DNA of 57,162 bases from a virus (lineage: Duplodnaviria; Caudoviricetes). Shown here in pieces: positions 1-9,190 of this stretch; the first letter of the stretch is position 1, and every line of letters begins with the position of its first letter. A program made the translations under genes and the position numbers. The notes beneath the pieces are model-generated. The model worked only from the letters and a program-made list of their open reading frames with translations. It ran no database searches and was not told the DNA's origin. Location: positions 1-57,162 of IMG/VR virus record IMGVR_UViG_3300001335_000513; one strand, 5' to 3'.

Positions 1-261
1 TTCATTAAATGATGATGCTTTATTATCTTTCTCTTTCCATTTATGCGCTCCTGATGATGAGAGGTGGGTACATGGTGGTGCTGCTAAAATACCATTTACC
101 CTAAAAGATGGGTCGTCAACGGTTATTTGATTTATTTTGTTGAAAAAACCAAAAATATCATATCCTCTTTTTTCGTCAACTCTTAGAACATCCCAACCAG
201 TCTTTTTGTAGGGTTCAGACCATATTCCGGTATAATCAAAAAGAGAGATTAAAGTTTTCAT
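1..261 (-). CDS. C5-cytosine DNA methyltransferase, N-terminal part (runs off window; not in ORF track)
   Basis: Manual translation from ATG 261: MKTLISLFDYTGIWSEPY...GILAAPPCTHLSSSGA; motif I-like LFDxTG and catalytic PPC. Confidence 0.8.
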   Translation of the reverse strand, partial: MKTLISLFDYTGIWSEPYKKTGWDVLRVDEKRGYDIFGFFNKINQITVDDPSFRVNGILAAPPCTHLSSSGAHKWKEKDNKASSFNE

Positions 262-279
262 AATTTAAGTTTTAGTCCA

Positions 280-528
280 TTAAAAAGACAATGCATTTTC
301 AATACATTCGTTTTCTTCGCACAATTTTTTTGCTTTAATAAATGTATAGCATCTGCCAACATGACTTTGTTGTTTATCATTTTTAAATACTTCATATTTA
401 CCAATTAATTCAGGATGTTCTGACCTTTGAATAAAACAACCTTTATAAAGCCATTCATCAGGGTCTATTTGTTTTGGTTTTTCACTCATCACGATATGAT
501 TTATTTTTATATATCTTCCAAAACTCAT
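280..528 (-). CDS. hypothetical protein (true start probably ATG 489)
   Basis: ORF in a tightly packed minus-strand operon. Confidence 0.55.
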   Translation of the reverse strand: MSFGRYIKINHIVMSEKPKQIDPDEWLYKGCFIQRSEHPELIGKYEVFKNDKQQSHVGRCYTFIKAKKLCEENECIENALSF

Positions 529-907
529 CTTTGCTTATTTCTACCCAATTACCCCATTCAATACCAGTTATCATATAGTTTGTGAAAACATTTGTTTCCC
601 CGTCTTTAAAGATAAAATATAATCCTTCAATGTTAAATTTCTCATTAAACATTTTGTTATTCACTTCAGCAAAAGCACAAAATAAAACAGATTCGTTTTG
701 GTTTGTTTTATTATTAAACAAGATTCTTTTAAAAAACCTGGGATATTCTGATGATCTCGGGTCAGAATCGGGAAGTTCACACCAATCAGGTATTATATTG
801 TATTCTTGTAAACTTAAAGGTTTTTTTAAGTAACCACATTCATATTTATTATCACTTTGTAATAAAAATGGACATTTTTTGCAGTTTTTTACAGGTATTG
901 TTTTCAT
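482..907 (-). CDS. hypothetical protein with N-terminal Cys cluster
   Basis: CKKCPF...C...WCEL; 4-bp overlap with the upstream gene. Confidence 0.6.
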   Translation of the reverse strand: MKTIPVKNCKKCPFLLQSDNKYECGYLKKPLSLQEYNIIPDWCELPDSDPRSSEYPRFFKRILFNNKTNQNESVLFCAFAEVNNKMFNEKFNIEGLYFIFKDGETNVFTNYMITGIEWGNWVEISKDEFWKIYKNKSYRDE

Positions 908-1344
908 TCTACATCTTTTTTAGTTAATAAATACAAATGGATAGCATCAGCTTCATTATGGTCGGTTACATTCGTATAACCCAAGTTTATTGCTGCCTTA
1001 ATCATTCTATCTTTATTAGCATTACCATTGCCGGTTGCAAATTTTTTAATTTCTTTTGATGAATAACATGCCAAATCAATATTCATCTCTATACACAAAT
1101 CTTTCAAAACACCTACCATTTCTGCAACAACTATAATACTATTTTTGTGAAATCCAGCAGGTCTTTCATAGGATACTAAATCAATACTTTCCAAATTGAT
1201 TAGTTCTTTTACCTTTGCTTTAAATCTTACTACACGCATTCCTTCACTTTCCCCTCTATTCGGTTTTAAATTCCAAGTGCCGCTTGCAGTTTTTGTCTTC
1301 CAACCTGTTATGGTAGCAATGTCCAATGCTAAAATATTTTTCAT
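904..1344 (-). CDS. ruvC: RuvC-like Holliday junction resolvase
   Basis: ILALDIA..TGW, YERP, IKKFATGNGNANK and HNEADAI motifs. Confidence 0.85.
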   Translation of the reverse strand: MKNILALDIATITGWKTKTASGTWNLKPNRGESEGMRVVRFKAKVKELINLESIDLVSYERPAGFHKNSIIVVAEMVGVLKDLCIEMNIDLACYSSKEIKKFATGNGNANKDRMIKAAINLGYTNVTDHNEADAIHLYLLTKKDVE

Positions 1345-1415
1345 TTCATTAGTTTTTAAGGATTTGAAGGATTAAAAATACAATTAAAAGTACAATTATG
1401 AAAGAAAAAAATGTA

Positions 1416-1676
1416 CTATTTATAAACAAATCTGTTGTTGCAATTAAGGATTGAAACAGCATAACAATCATACAAATTACACCATCCGGTTTTTTTATTA
1501 AAGTTGCAACATAAAATACATCCTTGAATTTTTGGAAAATTAATTTTACGTAACTCTGTTACTTGTTCGTATGTTTTACCAATACAATATTTACAAGAAT
1601 GATAACGTATATTTCGGTCATCGATTTTATACCAAAAAGTAACAGATTTTCGTTTAAAACAAATTTGACACAACAT
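1416..1676 (-). CDS. small Cys-rich protein, putative Zn-binding
   Basis: CQIC, CKYC, CILCC motifs. Confidence 0.55.
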   Translation of the reverse strand: MLCQICFKRKSVTFWYKIDDRNIRYHSCKYCIGKTYEQVTELRKINFPKIQGCILCCNFNKKTGWCNLYDCYAVSILNCNNRFVYK

Positions 1677-1687
1677 AAGTATGATTA

Positions 1688-2260
1688 TTAAGTTTCACAT
1701 ATGTTAACTTTTAATAATTTCCAATTCCGATTCTTTTTTGGCATTTCAACTTTCCTGGACAGAATTATTGAAATATCCTCACCAAGAAATTGCTTTGCAA
1801 ATAATCTACAACCATTTAAAGTTCCTTGGTAAGAATAAACAGAATTTCTGTTTATCAACCTGTATATACCAGTAAACATAAACAATGTTCTCTTAGAGTA
1901 GAACATTAATAAAAAAACCGAAACGCTGTCAAAACCATTCATTAGGTTCCATTGCCTGTAATCAATTGCATTCTGCAAAGAATGCACGGGCAAAATGTAC
2001 TTCTCATTATCTTGTCGTATTAATTGAACGGTTTCGGCAGGTACAACAAGAATTTGACAACTTCCCAAGAATTGTTTGCCTATATTTAAAGCAATCCAAT
2101 CCTTGTTTAACCCATGGATGTTATCATAACAATGGTAAACTTCTGGAAACTTTTGAACAAATTTCTGGGCTGAATGTATACGTCTTTGCATTGCTGGATT
2201 TTTTGACATATAATTACCCAGAATGGTAACAGCGTTCGGTTTAAATTTATAATACTTCAT
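1688..2260 (-). CDS. hypothetical protein
   Basis: 190-aa ORF closely coupled to its neighbours. Confidence 0.65.
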   Translation of the reverse strand: MKYYKFKPNAVTILGNYMSKNPAMQRRIHSAQKFVQKFPEVYHCYDNIHGLNKDWIALNIGKQFLGSCQILVVPAETVQLIRQDNEKYILPVHSLQNAIDYRQWNLMNGFDSVSVFLLMFYSKRTLFMFTGIYRLINRNSVYSYQGTLNGCRLFAKQFLGEDISIILSRKVEMPKKNRNWKLLKVNICET

Positions 2261-2261
2261 G

Positions 2262-2726
2262 TTATTTTGGAATAATCACTTTAAAGTATGGAGACGGTTC
2301 TTTATACTTTACAGGTGAAATACGTTTGTTCGTTTTTGTGTCAACAATTGACTTATCAATAGCTGTCATTAGTTTCTCAATTCTTTTGGTTTCATTGGTC
2401 AACCATTTATGGTATGAACAATGTGAGAATTCTTTCTTTTGTGATTCAACGAATTGGATTTGAAAACCACCAATATTAACAGTTTTTAATCCAGAAGATT
2501 TAATCGTGCGGAATACATCATCAGAAATTGATTCTTTAATCTTTTTCAGAATTTCTGAAACTACAGCAATTGATACTGCAGCTCCCATTGGATTGTGTTT
2601 TAGTTCTTGAGATATATCTTTAACTAAAAGGTCAATCTTTGTTTTTGAAATTCTTGTTAAAAGAATTGATTCTGCAAGTCTCTTTTCATTTTGAGACAAA
2701 ATTTCTTCTCTGTTTTCTTCAATCAT
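2262..2726 (-). CDS. hypothetical protein
   Basis: 154-aa ORF with AAAGCT-ATG start context. Confidence 0.65.
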   Translation of the reverse strand: MIEENREEILSQNEKRLAESILLTRISKTKIDLLVKDISQELKHNPMGAAVSIAVVSEILKKIKESISDDVFRTIKSSGLKTVNIGGFQIQFVESQKKEFSHCSYHKWLTNETKRIEKLMTAIDKSIVDTKTNKRISPVKYKEPSPYFKVIIPK

Positions 2727-2730
2727 AGCT

Positions 2731-3675
2731 TTAAGTGTTAATGATTTTTAAATAATTATTTGTTAATTTGTCCGGGTCGGTATTCATAATCATTTTGATT
2801 ATAAATTCGGCCCATAAACGATTTGAAACAATAATGCTTTCTAATCCTACATTTTCCGGAATAAGTATGCTTGTACCTACATTGTAAAGGTCATAAGCAT
2901 TTTTAATCTCTTTACTGTCTGCCGCTTCACGAAGTTTCATAACAAACCGATAAATGTCGTCTTTAAGAAACGGTACTTTTCTTTCACCTTTTCCAGAATT
3001 AACAGTCATTATGAATAAATGACCAATCAAAGTTGGTATCATATCATTATCCAGGTTTACTCTTACTTTCTGCATAGCCTTAACGATATCACCATTTACT
3101 GAACAAACTTGTTTGAAGTCATTTATAAAATGTGTTACCCGTTCAATCATTTCATAATATTCAATTGCGTTGTCGTTTCCTAAACCGGAAGTACTCAAGA
3201 TTGAACCTTTACCGCCAAGAATACACAAGTTTGAACATACAGTGTAATTCAAACCAAATGCAATTTGAACACCACTTTGGTTATATGCTACAGCAATAAC
3301 ACCATTATGTTTGGGTGGATATTCATTAGGAATAACAATCCTTGTAATAAGTTTATGAAAAACCCATTTGTTAAACGGTACTGGCATTAGTGGATCAAAA
3401 CCTTCTTTTTGCATTTCAGAAAGTTCAAAATCTTTTGATGAATTTAATTTTGATACAATAATGTCTTCTTGTAAAAAACTAATTTCTGCTTTTTCAAGTA
3501 ATTCATGGATTCTTCTTAAAAGTAAAGCCGGATGTTCAGGTCGGTTTGGAAATGGTTTTCCGGAAGAAGAAACAATATTTCTGGACTGTGCTAACTGATG
3601 AATAGTAATTTTAGCAATCTGTTCTTTTTCGGGAAAATTAAAAGTTTCCTGTGTTTTAATTTCTGGATTTTCCAT
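2731..3675 (-). CDS. DUF932/DUF3871-like phage protein
   Basis: IAVAYNQSGVQIAFG..VCSNLCI and AYDLYNVGT motifs. Confidence 0.6.
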   Translation of the reverse strand: MENPEIKTQETFNFPEKEQIAKITIHQLAQSRNIVSSSGKPFPNRPEHPALLLRRIHELLEKAEISFLQEDIIVSKLNSSKDFELSEMQKEGFDPLMPVPFNKWVFHKLITRIVIPNEYPPKHNGVIAVAYNQSGVQIAFGLNYTVCSNLCILGGKGSILSTSGLGNDNAIEYYEMIERVTHFINDFKQVCSVNGDIVKAMQKVRVNLDNDMIPTLIGHLFIMTVNSGKGERKVPFLKDDIYRFVMKLREAADSKEIKNAYDLYNVGTSILIPENVGLESIIVSNRLWAEFIIKMIMNTDPDKLTNNYLKIINT

Positions 3676-3906
3676 TTTAATAATATTTAGTTAATTAATA
3701 ATTGGTAAATAAATGATGGTTTTTTATAATTTATCATGCCGTAGATTAAAAAAAAGGACTGTTATTTGCCAAAATGTCTATCATAGAGTGCCAGAAACAT
3801 ACCCATAACAAGTTATGAAAATTATCCATGAAGTAACATTAATAAAGCAAATTAACAGCCCAAGACGATAAAAATAGATGAAAATATAAGATAAATACTG
3901 AAAACA

Positions 3907-5220
3907 TTAATAATCTAAACTAATGTTAGTATTAATTTCCATCGATTTTATAAGTTCAAAAATAATACTGTTTACAAAAATTTCGTTTTTATGAGATAAA
4001 TTATTTTTGTAATATGTGTTGGCAGAAATAATTATGTTTGCTAAATCAAACTGACTATTAAAACTTTTAATATTAGAGTATAGAATAGCATTATTACGGT
4101 CAATATAAAAGTATTTTGAATCAGGTGATTTAATAGCTATTATCTTTTTAATTCTTAATTTATAATTAGAATTAATAAAAAGAGTTAAAACTTTAGTTAA
4201 ATTATTGTTTTGCTCTTCAGACAAACCAGTAATATCCAAATTTTTTGGTTTATCTTGGAAGGGATCATGAACAAAATTAAGTTCATTGTAATATTTACCA
4301 TAAAGACTTATATACAAACCAAGATTAAGATAAACACAATTAGAATTACTTGCGTAAAATCCACTGTATTCATAAGGAACAATGGTTTTTCCTATTAATG
4401 CTTCTTTCCATTCGGATAATAAATTTAATCCAGACATATTGACTTTGCTTTCAATAAACTTTGAATTTGTTGAAGCTTCAATGAAATTTTTAATAATGTT
4501 AACATCATTACATTTTTCATAAAACAAACTTAATATTGAAAGAATATCAAAATAATCAGCCAATCTGTCTTCACCAATTTTAAGTAAGTCAAATTCATAA
4601 TCGTATAGTGAAGATAAAGATTCATTATTATAGCATAATATTCCGTGTCGATAAATTCTTACGTTTCCTTCACGTGAAGAAGATAAAATTGCTCCGTATT
4701 CATTTCGGTACTTTGCGTGTGTATTGACTGAAAAATATTTATCCCAATTAGAACAAATTTCGTTTAATTCATCGTTAAGTTCAATTAAAAATGTCGTGTA
4801 ACCTTTACGAATCGGTAAAACATCTTCTTTGTTGTCACATACGTAACATGTTGAATCACCTTCGTCAATTGCATTACAATAAATCTCTCTTATAGCTTGC
4901 CATAAACTCCAATCAGCACCCATCAGAGTCGTAATGCTTGTTTCAATATCATCAATCAATATCAATTTATAATCTATGTTGCGAAAAGACTTGTCAATAG
5001 TTGAAGTATGTATGTTTTTCAGACCACTGTAAATATTAATGTTAAAATCGTTCCTGAGTAAATATGCCAAAGCATATTTGATACCTGTACCAAAATAACC
5101 AATTTTGTTTTTTACGTTTTTACCTTTAACATCCCTTTTATCAGTAATGCCAAGCAAATACAAAGCTTCTGTTTCAATTTCGCCTTTGTTTGAAATTGCT
5201 AAATATTTTTTGTTTTTCAT
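3907..5220 (-). CDS. GHKL (HATPase_c/HSP90-like) ATPase-domain protein
   Basis: IGYFGTGIKYA (G-box-like) and REIYCNAIDEG (N-box-like). Confidence 0.7.
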   Translation of the reverse strand: MKNKKYLAISNKGEIETEALYLLGITDKRDVKGKNVKNKIGYFGTGIKYALAYLLRNDFNINIYSGLKNIHTSTIDKSFRNIDYKLILIDDIETSITTLMGADWSLWQAIREIYCNAIDEGDSTCYVCDNKEDVLPIRKGYTTFLIELNDELNEICSNWDKYFSVNTHAKYRNEYGAILSSSREGNVRIYRHGILCYNNESLSSLYDYEFDLLKIGEDRLADYFDILSILSLFYEKCNDVNIIKNFIEASTNSKFIESKVNMSGLNLLSEWKEALIGKTIVPYEYSGFYASNSNCVYLNLGLYISLYGKYYNELNFVHDPFQDKPKNLDITGLSEEQNNNLTKVLTLFINSNYKLRIKKIIAIKSPDSKYFYIDRNNAILYSNIKSFNSQFDLANIIISANTYYKNNLSHKNEIFVNSIIFELIKSMEINTNISLDY

Positions 5221-5222
5221 GA

Positions 5223-5837
5223 CTATGAGTTATTTGAATTATTCTTTTTATCAAATATGAATTCTACAAAATGTACGATATATAAATACGTATTCAAATA
5301 TATTTGACATTGATTTTCACTTATATATCCTAACTGATAAAGTTTGTAGCCGAATGATATAGAAAAAATATTTACCATTCGAGTTTTGTCAAAATGATGG
5401 TTACCCATATAACTGAAATTAAAATCAAAATTATCATTAACTATATCTTTAATTAGACATAAAAAAGCATGTATTGATTTTAATGGAAAATCATCATCCG
5501 TTATGTTTTTTGTAGTATTTAATATATTCATCAATTCTTCCAAATTAATATCTTCATTACCCATAAAACTAAAACTTAATGAAAAAGAATTTCCATCAGT
5601 CTTCGATTTAAAGTAATTACTTATAAAATTTTCGAAATCACATCCATAAACTTTGAGAAAACTTATTATTTCCATAATTATAGAACTACTGTCCTCATCA
5701 AGTTCTTTTAATTTGTCCATTAAAATATTAGTAACCTCTAAAGAATTAATGTCAAAGGATTTTTGAGCAATCATTTTCATCGCTTCACTTTTTGAATACT
5801 CAGGTAATGGAATAAATACAAATTCTTTGTCTTTCAT
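5223..5837 (-). CDS. hypothetical protein
   Basis: 204-aa ORF, operonic. Confidence 0.65.
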   Translation of the reverse strand: MKDKEFVFIPLPEYSKSEAMKMIAQKSFDINSLEVTNILMDKLKELDEDSSSIIMEIISFLKVYGCDFENFISNYFKSKTDGNSFSLSFSFMGNEDINLEELMNILNTTKNITDDDFPLKSIHAFLCLIKDIVNDNFDFNFSYMGNHHFDKTRMVNIFSISFGYKLYQLGYISENQCQIYLNTYLYIVHFVEFIFDKKNNSNNS

Positions 5838-5849
5838 GACTGTATGTTT

Positions 5850-6311
5850 TTAATTATTGATTTGTAATAAGGTAATATCTTTTATAATTGTTCCGGCAAT
5901 AAGAATCATTTCACCATATCCATATCTACCAATTACTGCATTCCACAATTTACCCGACAATGTCATTTTTATCAATACGAAACAATAATTTTCTGAACAT
6001 TTATTATGCCAATTGTTAAGCCCAGAAAGTAATTTTAAAGCATCTTCTTTTTCAACAAATACAGAAGTTTTACCAAAATATTCCTTTCTTATAAAACGAC
6101 AATGGTCACTTTTGGTCAAATCTCTTGTGTTAAAATTATGATTAAAATAAGTAGTCATAGCTTTAGATACCTTAATCATTTTTACCGGACCTATTTTGTA
6201 AAGCATCCCTGTCGCTGGCGAATATAACTTACCAGTTTTTTTGTTCAGTACTGCAACCTTCCATCCAGTAAATTCTTCTTCTTCTTCAAACCTATCTATT
6301 AGTATACACAT
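5850..6311 (-). CDS. hypothetical protein
   Basis: 153-aa ORF, operonic. Confidence 0.65.
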   Translation of the reverse strand: MCILIDRFEEEEEFTGWKVAVLNKKTGKLYSPATGMLYKIGPVKMIKVSKAMTTYFNHNFNTRDLTKSDHCRFIRKEYFGKTSVFVEKEDALKLLSGLNNWHNKCSENYCFVLIKMTLSGKLWNAVIGRYGYGEMILIAGTIIKDITLLQINN

Positions 6312-6339
6312 AACTTTTATTATTTATTGGTTAAAAATG

Positions 6340-6415
6340 AAAAGGAAAAAAGAGTCCCGGAGAAGAACAAAAACCGGGACTCCGTCATGAAAAATCCCTG
6401 CTGTTATACAGGAAT
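6340..6415 (-). ncRNA. candidate antisense sRNA or 3'-UTR element ending in an intrinsic terminator
   Basis: Minus strand: 7-bp hairpin (6394-6415), TTTTTCATGAC linker, 9-bp GC stem 6352-6360/6374-6382, T tract. Confidence 0.5.
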
Positions 6416-6424
6416 ATCTTTTAA

Positions 6425-7111
6425 TCAATTCTTGTTTATTGATGATATATGTTTTAAAACTTTATCCTTAATACTTGAATCAATTTTTAAAATTGATTCA
6501 TTAGTTTCTTGTACAATCCCGTCAAGAATTACATATGTAATTTGTAGTATCAAACATTCTTTATCTGTAATTACTGAATCCCTTCGCATATATTCAAATA
6601 TATCATAAAACATCTGAAAATATAAACTCATAGATTCATTCTCAAAATTCTTGACCCGCCTTTTACCAGTAAAACTAACAAAATCTGGCTCAGTTAAGTA
6701 TTCTTCTAATACATTGGAATAACACTCTGCAATCTTACAATTTATATAGGTTGTAGGACCAATATGATTTTTCGAAAGTTCTTTTAATTTTGTAATTTCT
6801 GAATTTAAAATACCTGGTTCTGAATAATTACTAGCTATTAAAGAATTTACAAAACGTGACGTGAGTATATTCATTGTCAACAAAAAAGTATTTATGTGTG
6901 AACAAATCTTAACCAAATGTTTGTATGATGTCTCTTTAATCTTATCGTCTTTATCATCTTTGTGAAAAAAATGAAAAATTATTTTAAAATATGAATTTAT
7001 TAATTTATCCCGTATTGGTTCATCTTCACTTAATGAAGATAATTCATCCCTTAATGATGTGTAAATCCCAATCATCGATTCATACAAATCCTTTTTTAAT
7101 AACTTTTTCAT
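6425..7111 (-). CDS. hypothetical helical protein (start revised from 7201 to 7111)
   Basis: In-frame ATG 7111 lies 36 bp from a CCATCATTT motif, the same spacing as at genes starting 3675 and 9978. Confidence 0.65.
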   Translation of the reverse strand: MKKLLKKDLYESMIGIYTSLRDELSSLSEDEPIRDKLINSYFKIIFHFFHKDDKDDKIKETSYKHLVKICSHINTFLLTMNILTSRFVNSLIASNYSEPGILNSEITKLKELSKNHIGPTTYINCKIAECYSNVLEEYLTEPDFVSFTGKRRVKNFENESMSLYFQMFYDIFEYMRRDSVITDKECLILQITYVILDGIVQETNESILKIDSSIKDKVLKHISSINKN

Positions 7112-7217
7112 GACTCTTTTTTTTAAGTTTATTTTTGTTAGCAAGTAAATGATGGCCTGTCCTTGACCTTCAAACTTTTTTGTAATACTTTTGTAGTTCA
7201 TTAATATCCCTTATCCT

Positions 7218-7335
7218 GTGAACAAAAAGTACAAATATAGTGAACTAAAAATATCTAATAATAGTTCAGTTTTTCCCCATATAAAGTGTACAAAAAGTTC
7301 ACAGTTCCTGAACTCCCAGTTCATACTACGTGAAC
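7218..7335. repeat. iteron-like TGAAC/GTTCA cluster, candidate replication origin
   Basis: Seven TGAAC/GTTCA copies in both orientations within about 120 bp, just upstream of the RepL-like gene. Confidence 0.55.
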
Positions 7336-7411
7336 TAATCACTCCTGTGTATCAGTCAATTAAATACTTCCCCTCTTAATACTCTTATATAACACTTAAA
7401 AACCATAGTTT

Positions 7412-7981
7412 ATGAAACCTAAAATCCAATACAAAGATCGTCAAAGATTTCAGAAAAATCCTTTCATTAACCAATTAAAAGCTACGCTTATCAAAACAGT
7501 TAAATCCGAACAATTCGGTACTGAACAAATTATCGTTAATCAGTCTACTGGTGAATTCGAAGGATCTCCTGTCCTTATTAGAAAAAGAAAAGTAGATGCT
7601 AATAAATTTGTTAAAATGTATATTAATACTATGACCGCTTGGCTTAGCCTTTCTCCTAAAGCTCAAAAAATCCTTTACCTTATTATCCAAAATATGAAAC
7701 CTAATTCTGATATCGTTAAAATCGATCCCAATAGTCAAGACGTGAAAAACAGTACTGGACTCAATTCTAAAGTGTCTATATACGGAGGACTCGACGAGTT
7801 AATTGACCGGAATATAATAGCCAAGGCGAGGTATGTTGATCAATTTTACATAAATCCGAGTGTAATGTTTTCGGGTAACAGGATACTATTCATAGAGATG
7901 TTAGAGAAGAACGGAAGTGAGCGAAAGATGCTTTCTAAGGATTCTGACTCATCAAAGTTAGAAGAGTACGAGATGGATTAA
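7412..7981 (+). CDS. repL: RepL-like replication initiator (wHTH)
   Basis: NPF...TGE...VDANKFVKMY...IYGGLDELIDRNIIAK..FYINPSVMFSGNR pattern of RepL-type proteins. Confidence 0.75.
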   Translation: MKPKIQYKDRQRFQKNPFINQLKATLIKTVKSEQFGTEQIIVNQSTGEFEGSPVLIRKRKVDANKFVKMYINTMTAWLSLSPKAQKILYLIIQNMKPNSDIVKIDPNSQDVKNSTGLNSKVSIYGGLDELIDRNIIAKARYVDQFYINPSVMFSGNRILFIEMLEKNGSERKMLSKDSDSSKLEEYEMD

Positions 7982-8074
7982 TACTTATGAATCGGTTAGG
8001 TGAATTTAATGAACCGGTTCGGTGCATTATTTATCATTTTGAAAAAAAAAGATGGATTCAGGAAGAATATTCAT

Positions 8075-8082
8075 TATATTTG
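8075..8082 (+). promoter_or_regulatory. Bacteroidota -7 promoter element (TAnnTTTG)
   Basis: TATATTTG; points into about 70 nt of non-coding sequence ending at the terminator 8124-8156. Confidence 0.4.
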
Positions 8083-8123
8083 CAATCTTATACCTCTCAT
8101 CATCTTTTGTCAAAGCCCGATGT

Positions 8124-8156
8124 AAAAAAAAGCCCCTCTTGGATGAGGGGCTTTTT
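8124..8156. terminator. bidirectional intrinsic terminator
   Basis: A8-GCCCCTC-ttggat-GAGGGGC-T5 between convergent genes. Confidence 0.85.
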
Positions 8157-8159
8157 GGT

Positions 8160-8801
8160 TTAGAAGTTGTCATCGACAGCTTTCGCTTTGATGACTTCAA
8201 CTTTACCGTTGAGGATGCTGGTTGAGCCAGTATATCCCCACTTGTTGAACGAGCCGATGTCGGGGGGTGCTTGTCGGTTCATATAAGTGCGGTTTTTAAC
8301 AACAGCACTGAACCGGCAACCGGGCAGGTCGTTGATTTTTGCACCTTTTACGGGTAGGGCTTCCCAAACGCCAGGTTCTTTCTCTCTTTCGCACGAAGCG
8401 AACATAGAGTTAAGAATGTTCAGGGCAGCCTTTTCCTTAACAGGTGAAATCAGCCGACGTTTTGTTTCAACGTCGACAGCGTATCCTGCCGGATGGCTCG
8501 AACGGAAATACCCGGTAGTATCGGACAGTTCATCGAATTTCACAAATCCAACGATGTTGAATCTGTGAAATGCGAGTTGTCCGTTTTCAGCACGGATACC
8601 GAGTAACAGTTGCTCGTGTTCGTCGGTGTAGTCAACACCGGCTTCATCGAGTTCTGCTTGCGTCTTGCGTTCACCTTCGAGGTTTTTTATCCGGTCGCTT
8701 TCCAGCACCTTAACTACCTCAATGGTGAAGTTGTGACGCCCGTCATCCAGGGTGCCATAGTTGGTCACCGGGATGTCGGATTTAAACTTCGTCAAGTTCA
8801 T
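8160..8801 (-). CDS. possible ssDNA-binding (OB-fold-like) protein
   Basis: LDDGRHNFTIE N-terminus and acidic-aromatic C-terminus (DDNF); function inferred; visibly GC-richer than flanks. Confidence 0.5.
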   Translation of the reverse strand: MNLTKFKSDIPVTNYGTLDDGRHNFTIEVVKVLESDRIKNLEGERKTQAELDEAGVDYTDEHEQLLLGIRAENGQLAFHRFNIVGFVKFDELSDTTGYFRSSHPAGYAVDVETKRRLISPVKEKAALNILNSMFASCEREKEPGVWEALPVKGAKINDLPGCRFSAVVKNRTYMNRQAPPDIGSFNKWGYTGSTSILNGKVEVIKAKAVDDNF

Positions 8802-8823
8802 AGCTTATGAATTTGAAGTTTTG

Positions 8824-8849
8824 TGGCAATATTGCCAAGTAAATGATGG
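8824..8849 (-). promoter_or_regulatory. CCATCATTT motif plus TGGCAATATTGCCA palindrome
   Basis: Near-identical copies at 9519-9545 and 9997-10022. Confidence 0.75.
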
Positions 8850-9190
8850 AGAAAACTATCAAATACTGTGAAAATGATGGTTTTTTCAAACCACACCAAC
8901 CACTGTCGGGCGTAGCCCGATAGTGTGCATGAGTGAATCCATGAAGCATTGTTGTGCAAAACAACAAGGCTTTATGGATGAGCGATTGCATGATGGTGTA
9001 TACATTAGTGGCTGTGGTGAATGATTTATGTGCTGTGGTACCCTGGTATCAAAATGTAAAAAAAATGCATTCTATGCAAAAGGGTTCATGAATTAGATAC
9101 ATAAATAAGGTGAATTGGATTTGTGAGAAAAGAATTAAAAAAAAACCTTGCGTTGTGCAAGGTTTTACATAATCATACGATGTTTCAGGG

